Assembly: GCF_011745625.1 (NCBI RefSeq) | Contig: NW_027191482.1 | Span: forward strand, 186,001-250,000 | Direction: 5' to 3' | Source: Cladosporium halotolerans | Taxonomy: Eukaryota | Length of the DNA: 64,000 nt | Part shown: positions 57,672 to 64,000 of the stretch, in pieces | Layout of the letters: each line of letters opens with the position of its first letter | Numbering within the stretch: position 1 is the first letter of the stretch | Made by a program: the position numbers and the translations under genes | The notes under the pieces: generated by a model | What the model saw: the letters and a program-made list of their open reading frames with translations, nothing else | Databases searched by the model: none | What the model was told of the DNA's origin: nothing

Positions 57672-58640
57672 ATGTACCTTGACATAGCAGGGATCAGCGC
57701 TGCCCACCACAACGTCTCCCTTAACCTAGTGGGACTTCTAGCTCTGGCGGATACAGATGCGGTCGCGCTGCGGACAGTCTTCACCGACTCGTCATCCTGG
57801 ATCGACACGCTCATTCTTTGCCCGGGCTTGCACCGACAGCACAAGGCAGAAAGCCTGAGCAACGGCGAGTATCCAGCATGCGCTGCGATGACAACAGGCT
57901 ATGTCTTCCGCGTCGAGAACCCAGCAACGGTACACTTCCTCCAAAGGATAGGCCGGACTGGTCAATTGACAACAGTATTTGTCTCAAAGCAAGACGACAC
58001 GGCCTCCGCCTTGTCATACACGAGCGCCTTTCCTGCAGCCTTGTCCGTGACTACGATGGCCTATTTGGTTTCTCTGAGTGATTGGACAGCTCTATTGTAT
58101 CTGTGCTTACTTGCTGTGGTCCGACTCATCAATACTGTTGTTATTAGACGTCGATCACGAATTGCATGGCACGGCTCAAGCGAACCTGGTCAGACCGGAG
58201 ATCTCTTAGTGCTACTCAGCTACGATCGATGGGTCCGCATTCGAGGCTATACCAATGATTTGAAGACGGTGGCGTCTGGACGCTGGCTTCATGAGCCAGG
58301 ATTTACAGACGAGTGCATGATGGGTTGTTCCACACTGCTGGCCTACGTCGCCCCGATTCTCGTCGCAAATGCGACACGAGATGGTCAATACGTCGTCGCT
58401 CTTTTGCTGGTTGCAAGCGCTATCATGCTCGGCATGATCAACCGATTCACTGATTTCTTGTCTATGAAGCGGAGAGTGTTGCGACTCGATGGAGAGCGCA
58501 AAGCGTACAAGAATCGCAGCGAGCTGGCGCGTGAGCTCATCTCGCAGAGTGGAAGAAATGACTGGGCTTATGCGATGGGACTCATCACGCCAGAGCCATT
58601 AAAAGCAGAATCGAATCTTCAAGGACCTGTCGTGATATAG
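57672..58640 (+). CDS. Hypothetical integral membrane protein (322 aa)
   Basis: Intronless ATG ORF with about four hydrophobic helices and folded-protein composition; no function recognised. Confidence 0.75.
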   Translation: MYLDIAGISAAHHNVSLNLVGLLALADTDAVALRTVFTDSSSWIDTLILCPGLHRQHKAESLSNGEYPACAAMTTGYVFRVENPATVHFLQRIGRTGQLTTVFVSKQDDTASALSYTSAFPAALSVTTMAYLVSLSDWTALLYLCLLAVVRLINTVVIRRRSRIAWHGSSEPGQTGDLLVLLSYDRWVRIRGYTNDLKTVASGRWLHEPGFTDECMMGCSTLLAYVAPILVANATRDGQYVVALLLVASAIMLGMINRFTDFLSMKRRVLRLDGERKAYKNRSELARELISQSGRNDWAYAMGLITPEPLKAESNLQGPVVI

Positions 58641-59389
58641 AGCTACAAGGATATTTGCTTCGCGGATCTCTGCATTCGGGACGCACATGTATGCAAGATC
58701 AACAATCGGTCCTCTGCAAAATGTCAAGAAAGAAGGCATTCGCTGGGGAGACACATGCTATTAGCACGGCAGGGACGAATCGATCATCTTTCGACGTCGA
58801 GGGTTTCGGATACATGCTGCATGATACTTCCTCACTGCGACAGAATTACGCTGGATACTCCGCATCGGACAATATGAGCATGCTGGGCGCCTTACGGTCA
58901 AATGATTAGCAAGGAGTCTCAAAAAGGTAGGGTGCTCTTGCTGGGCCCGATCCATGACGCGTCTTCATGTCAAAATCAGAAGTACGGACAAGAGGAGCAC
59001 TTGATGTCTCATAAAGGCTCTCCGTGGCAATTATGGTTGTTGCAGGTTAAAGGAAGTGATGGTGCGTCGATGAATGGGGAAATATGGACATCCATAGCAA
59101 CTCTGTAGTCATGTGAAACATCACTACTCATAATGGAATATCTGTGTAGTGGTCAGTATAATGGAGAGCGGAGTAGTGATACCTAGTCCATTATTCTCGT
59201 GATAAGGGGACTGGTCGCACATGTTGCATGATTTACATGTTGACCAAAGAATCCCGTGCCCGCGTGAGGCCAAGACTACCCGGTGACTTCCATGTCAGTC
59301 GATATCGAACCGACAAAAGAAGATTTCAATGGTCTTGAAGTAGTTCTTAGCTTGATGTAGGATGCAAAAAGAAATTCGCAAAAGATAAA

Positions 59390-59474
59390 CTCCCACGGAG
59401 AGGCTCGAACTCTCAACCTTGAGATCACGACAATCGTAAAAGTCTCACGCGCTAGCCAATTGTGCCACGCGGGA
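59390..59474 (-). tRNA. tRNA-Lys(TTT) with 11-nt intron
   Basis: The minus strand reads TCCCGCG-TG-GCAC-AATTGGCTA-GCGC-G-TGAGA-CT-TTT-A[CGATTGTCGTG]A-TCTCA-AGGTT-GAGAG-TTCGAGC-CTCTC-CGTGGGA-G, followed by T-runs. Confidence 0.92.
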
Positions 59475-62160
59475 TGGAGTGGTGTGACGACATCCACGGC
59501 TTGCAAAAATATAATATTTTTTCCAAATGCCACTTTGCCCGTCGCGAACCAACCACTACCTACAGCATTAATGATCTACGTGATTGATTAACCTGTCGAA
59601 GATCGACCACCATATCACCATGTGAAGATGACTGCAGGTCACGTCTCCATACTATGACACACATCACCCCTCGCCGCGTACTGCAAGTACAGCAATCGCC
59701 ATCGCCAACGCAGTGGAGATTACTGAAGACAGATCGACCCGTCCGTCACGCAACGGCGCGGACGCGGACGCGGCAACGGCACTCGATCGTTGGCAGCAAA
59801 CGCTCCCCAAAGCGCAGGCCTCGACGCGTGCGCGCGCGTCATGTCGTCAAAGTGAGGTGAGGTGGTCTGCCCGGCCGCCCGGGGCACGTGTCGCTCAGAC
59901 GCGACATGATCAGGGCACCGCGTGCTCGTACACTACTACAGTAGTTCTCCAGGGGAACCTTTCACCCCAGTCGCGTTCGTGTCGACTGACAGCATCGTGA
60001 CTTCACGAGCGTTGGTGGAAACCAGGTTACGAGGTCATGAAGGTGCATTCGACGCTCAGAGCGTCTCGAGGAAAGGGAGAGGGCCGAGGGCTGCCAGCGA
60101 GAGGCCATCGCGCGCTCACAGTGGTGCATTGTAAGCAACCCTCATTACCGATATCTGGGGATCTGCGAGTGACAGGCTTGACAGCCTTGGGCGGGCGGCT
60201 TGGAGATTAAATTAGATTGGAGCGCGTGCCGCAGCCAGCCTGAAAGAAAATAAAGGGAGTATTGTTTGGGCAAGGCGTCCGTCTGGGGGAAAGTATAGCC
60301 TAGTTCCAGCTGTGTCTTTGGGAAGCATAAAACCAAGGGCGATGCATATGTATGTAGCTTTACTATCGTTGATCCGACAAGATGGAGCTAGCGGAGTCCG
60401 GTCGAGTTATGCTCAAATCAGCCTCTTTGACGAACAAAATCCAGTCGATGCGCAGCTACCTATCCCGCTTTATCACCAGAGTCGGGCCTTGCCATCGAGA
60501 GATCACGTTCGCATGTGATTTTCTGCGTCCCAGGATTGTTGCATTTCCCACAAGTCCGCCGGCTTCCGAATCACGAACATCTCACCGCCCGTGCCGCATG
60601 TTATCTCGTGCATTCATCAACGGTCGCGCCTTATCGTGAACACAACATGCGCCATGACTAGCGCAGCAGCATTGTTCTTATCTATTGACCGCCTCACGAC
60701 AGTAGTAGTACATGGCAGAGATCAATAGCAACAACAGCATGAACGGCACGAAAAGTGATCCTGCACGAGGATGGGAGTTTATTCATAGATCTTGGGAGGC
60801 GCCAGTGCGCCACACGCCGGCCTCGCTAGGCGTCTGCGGTGCGGCGTCGGTCCTCCTACGCTAATGCAAGGTCCGACTTGCGGTGCGAGGCGGTTCGCGA
60901 GGCAGTCCGAGTTGTGCTGTATGTAAAGACGGCACTGGATTGCGGATCGAACGGTTGGACTTGGCGGAGGTGTGCATACTGTGCACGAGACTGTATGTTG
61001 GCCATCAAAGCTGTCGCGTTGGCCTGTGAAGCAGACGAAGTCTGATACTGGGGATTGGAGTCAGAGAGATTGAGAGCAGCCTGTTGAGTGAGTCCTCCAC
61101 GGAAGTATCTGATTGGCTATGAGCGAAGAAGTTTGGAATCGGCGAACATTCACCACTGCAATACGACAGATACGGTAAGGAGATTCAAGAATGGCTTGAC
61201 ACCCAGGTCGCGCCAGTGCGCGATGACGGAAGGATGCCATGGCATGGTCTTAACTCAGCGCCATGCGCGCTGGTCTCAGGGGCGCGGGCCAAATCTTCGA
61301 TCGCGGCGCAAGGTCCGTAAAGCTCGCGATTGATAGATGCGAGAACGAAGCCAAAGGGCAATTCCAATGGCGGGAGATGGGCAATCCCGTCTCGGGGTTT
61401 GGTTTTGTGCATTATTTCGACAAACCTACCTGTAGTTTTTCTCTCCGATGTCAAGATGGCGCGAAGTCAAACCAAGATTCGAGCGGCTGGCCTGACGTCC
61501 CGTTGGCCGAGCGAGCTCAGACCGAAATTCTCTGCAGGCGTGGCGAGGCCCAGAAAAGGCGTCGCTCGGACGTGTTTGATATTTCGGGCCTAAAGGCGGC
61601 AGCAGTGGTGCAATCCTCCTGCTATCGCAACGGATGCGAAATTGTGAGCACAGCTGCACCGCGCCTATCACGCATGCGCCGGACTCCCTGTCTGTCTGTC
61701 CGCGCGGAGCTGCTATCATCGCTTATGCAGCCACCTCGCATTTGCCGGTGGTGGGCGTCATGTATGGAACGCGCGGCGCTCGATGGCAGGCAGGCGGGCT
61801 GGCAGAGCTGGCGGACGCGGCAGGCGGCGACATACACGCATGGCGGGATGTCGAACCACCGGCCGAGGCCAAGCAATGCTGATCCGGAGGAGGGTGGGCG
61901 TAGTGCTCTGGAGGTGCAGTTCGGCGACGCGATCGGCAGGCGGCGGGTGGGTGGAGCTGCCGGCGCCGCTCACACAGATTCAACGTTGAGCTAAGCGTTG
62001 ATGCTTAAAGTGCAGCGTGGGAGCGTGGGAGCGTGGCAGCGTGGCTGTGAGCCTGTGAGGCCTTGCAGCGGCTGCAGGCGCTTTGAGACTCGCGAGGCGT
62101 CCGTGATCGTCGTCGCCATCGACGGCACGCAATGGTCTCTTCGTCATCGGCGTCGTGGTG

Positions 62161-62235
62161 CAACAGCAGCGGCAGCAGCGGCAGCAGCAGCGGAGCAGCA
62201 CTTACAGCAGCACCTACAGCAGCAGCAATAGCAAC
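62161..62235. repeat. Imperfect (CAG)n microsatellite
   Basis: Visible CAG/CGG/CAA run in intergenic DNA. Confidence 0.8.
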
Positions 62236-62662
62236 GGGCGGGACGAGTGCGGTGCTCGAAGCAGGCATTGGTAATTCACTTTCTAGTCCCCTCGGCGTGC
62301 CCCAGTGGCGCGACCGGTGGGCATCAGCACGCCGACCACCGAGCAACCAGGTACAGGCACAGGTACTTGCCGTCGCCCGCCGCATTCGCGCCGGCCAGGT
62401 TGCGGGCTCGGCCCAGGGCTGGTTGACAGGCATCCAGCATCTCGTCGTCGCGTGTCTCCGCGCCACTGCCACGTTCGCCGGCTAGCACGGGGAGCCAGAT
62501 GGCACATGCGGAGCGGCGTCCACCTGTGTATCTTGTATAGCTGAAGCCCGTATGCATTCCCGCTGCCCGGCCGCATGCACCATGGGCAGGCAGCGCAGGA
62601 GTCGCGCCTGGCGCGCTGCAGTGCACGCCGTCCGCCGTTGCTGTATGCGTCGATTATGTACG

Positions 62663-62683
62663 TGCTGCTGCTGCTGCTGCTGC
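62663..62683. repeat. (TGC)7 microsatellite
   Basis: Seven perfect TGC units. Confidence 0.85.
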
Positions 62684-63213
62684 TTCGCCGGCGAAGACCC
62701 CTGCCGCGGCCCCCATTTGCAGGTGTCGCTGGCGTTGGGTGATCTGCCTTCCCTCCCGGCGTACGCGAGGGCCGGCCTGCGCCTACTACGCTGAGCTGCC
62801 TGAGCTGCTTCTCGAACGGCGCAGGCACACCAACATCACCTCTCCCCTCCCACCCTCCTCCTCTCCCATCCTCCCCCCAGTGCCATCACCACCGCCGCCG
62901 TCTGTTTGTCTCCGGGTATTGTTCGCAGCCCGCACGCTCGTTTCCGCCCGCCCACCACCGCCCGCCGACTCCGCGCCGCCCCGGCCCTCTGCACCACCTC
63001 CCTTGGACGGCGTGACGCGGCCGCCTGCATCCATCCTCCAACACCATCTCGACGCCCGCGCACGCACACGCCCGCGCCCGGTCGCCGTCGCCGCAGCGCT
63101 GTTTCACGCTCACACAGCGCCTCGACCCACCGCTACCGCTCGCTCCTCAGCCCGCAGCCCGTAGCCCGTAGCCCGCCCGCTGCGCCGCCCTCTGCCTCGT
63201 CACAGAACGGACA

Positions 63214-64000
63214 ATGGCGCCGTCAACGCCCCGGCTTCGCATTCTCTCAGGTCAGTAACGGCCTCGCGCTACCGCCCGCCTGCCGGCCGCATGTCCGCGC
63301 ACTCCTGCCTGCTGCCCTTTGCCTTCAACGGTCCGCCACGCTCGATGCGTCGGATCTCCACTTTTCTAGCGCGTCCAAATATCCCACACCTGTGCCAGCC
63401 CAAAGCTTCGCCCGGGCTGGTGAGGCCTTCGTGCCGTTGCCTTCCACACATGCCACTCCCTCCTCCATACCACCAGCCATGGATGACGGTCAGCTGACAC
63501 AGAAGGTGTGCGCAGTCGGCGGCAATGCTGTCTCTGCCTTTCTCTCCTGGCGCCTCTCCGCGACCAACGCCTGCGACGTGACCCTCGTCTGGAAGAGCGG
63601 CTTCGACGCCGTGTCGCAGTACGGCATCTCGTTCAAGTGAGTCCGACAACTCCCCGCCGACCGCTTCGTCGCCGCTGACAACAATAATCCCTCCAGGTCG
63701 AGCACATTCGGAAACGAGCGCTTCAAGCCCAGACATGGTACGCCCCGCCCGCCACACCCCTGACGCGACCATTGAGAGACAGAAAACTGACGAGATACCG
63801 TCCAACAGTCGTCCGCACACCCGAAGAAGCGGCGTCGTTGTCGCGCGCTTCATACGACTACGTCGTGCTTTGCGTCAAGGCGCTCCCAGACGTCTACGAT
63901 CTAGCCTCCGTCATTGAGTCGGTCGTTGCGCCCCAGCACACATGCATTCTCGTCAACACTACACACAGCCTCGGCGTCGAGTCGTATCTCGAGCAGCGCT
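63214..64000 (+). CDS. Ketopantoate-reductase-fold (ApbA/PanE) protein, Svl3/Pam1-like; 5' part only
   Basis: The spliced product reads MAPSTPRLRILS|VGGNAVSAFLSWRL...ISF|KSSTFGNERFKPRH|VVRTPEEA...DYVVLCVKALPDVYDL. Introns 63251-63515, 63637-63696 and 63738-63808. Confidence 0.85.

Noticed and set aside
61263..61994. 243-aa intergenic ORF
   Set aside because: It is Arg/Cys/Gly-rich with no domain or codon bias, typical of chance ORFs in GC-rich DNA.
63480..63482. ATG of MDDGQLTQKVCA as the start of the last gene
   Set aside because: It lies inside predicted intron 63251-63515, just before the GCTGAC branch site. The 63214 start restores the expected RILSVGGN strand.

Overview
This is a gene-dense, intron-containing fungal region, probably from a filamentous ascomycete (GT-AG introns with CTRAC branch sites; a Dothideomycete origin is only a guess). 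It holds about 25 protein-coding genes. Recognisable ones are an RSC4-like tandem-bromodomain protein, GH92 and GH125 alpha-mannosidases, SPO7, a CLD1-like hydrolase, a GH11 xylanase, an MFS transporter, L-2-hydroxyglutarate dehydrogenase, EGT2-like, RRG7, MED21, AVL9, HOG1, SmG, an Scm3 multidomain protein, ATG6, an SDR, RPC40, the complex I 49-kDa subunit, a PCL/CLG1-type cyclin, a ferric reductase and an SVL3/PAM1-like gene truncated by the window end. Two intron-containing tRNAs (Thr-CGT, Lys-TTT) are absent from the ORF track. Most notable: (1) an Scm3 CENP-A-chaperone domain fused to a GATA-type finger, five Myb/SANT repeats and a forkhead domain with an altered recognition helix; (2) a non-coding degenerate array with four copies of a 35-bp CCAAT + CGG-N6-CCG + palindrome element; (3) an in-frame TAG inside the GH92 gene that also ends a 24-nt intron-like segment; (4) a 7-nt first exon that would add a mitochondrial presequence to the CLD1-like gene; (5) recurrent C/A-rich to G/T-rich skew flips that ignore gene orientation. 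All calls come from reading the sequence and recalled family motifs; no searches were run.
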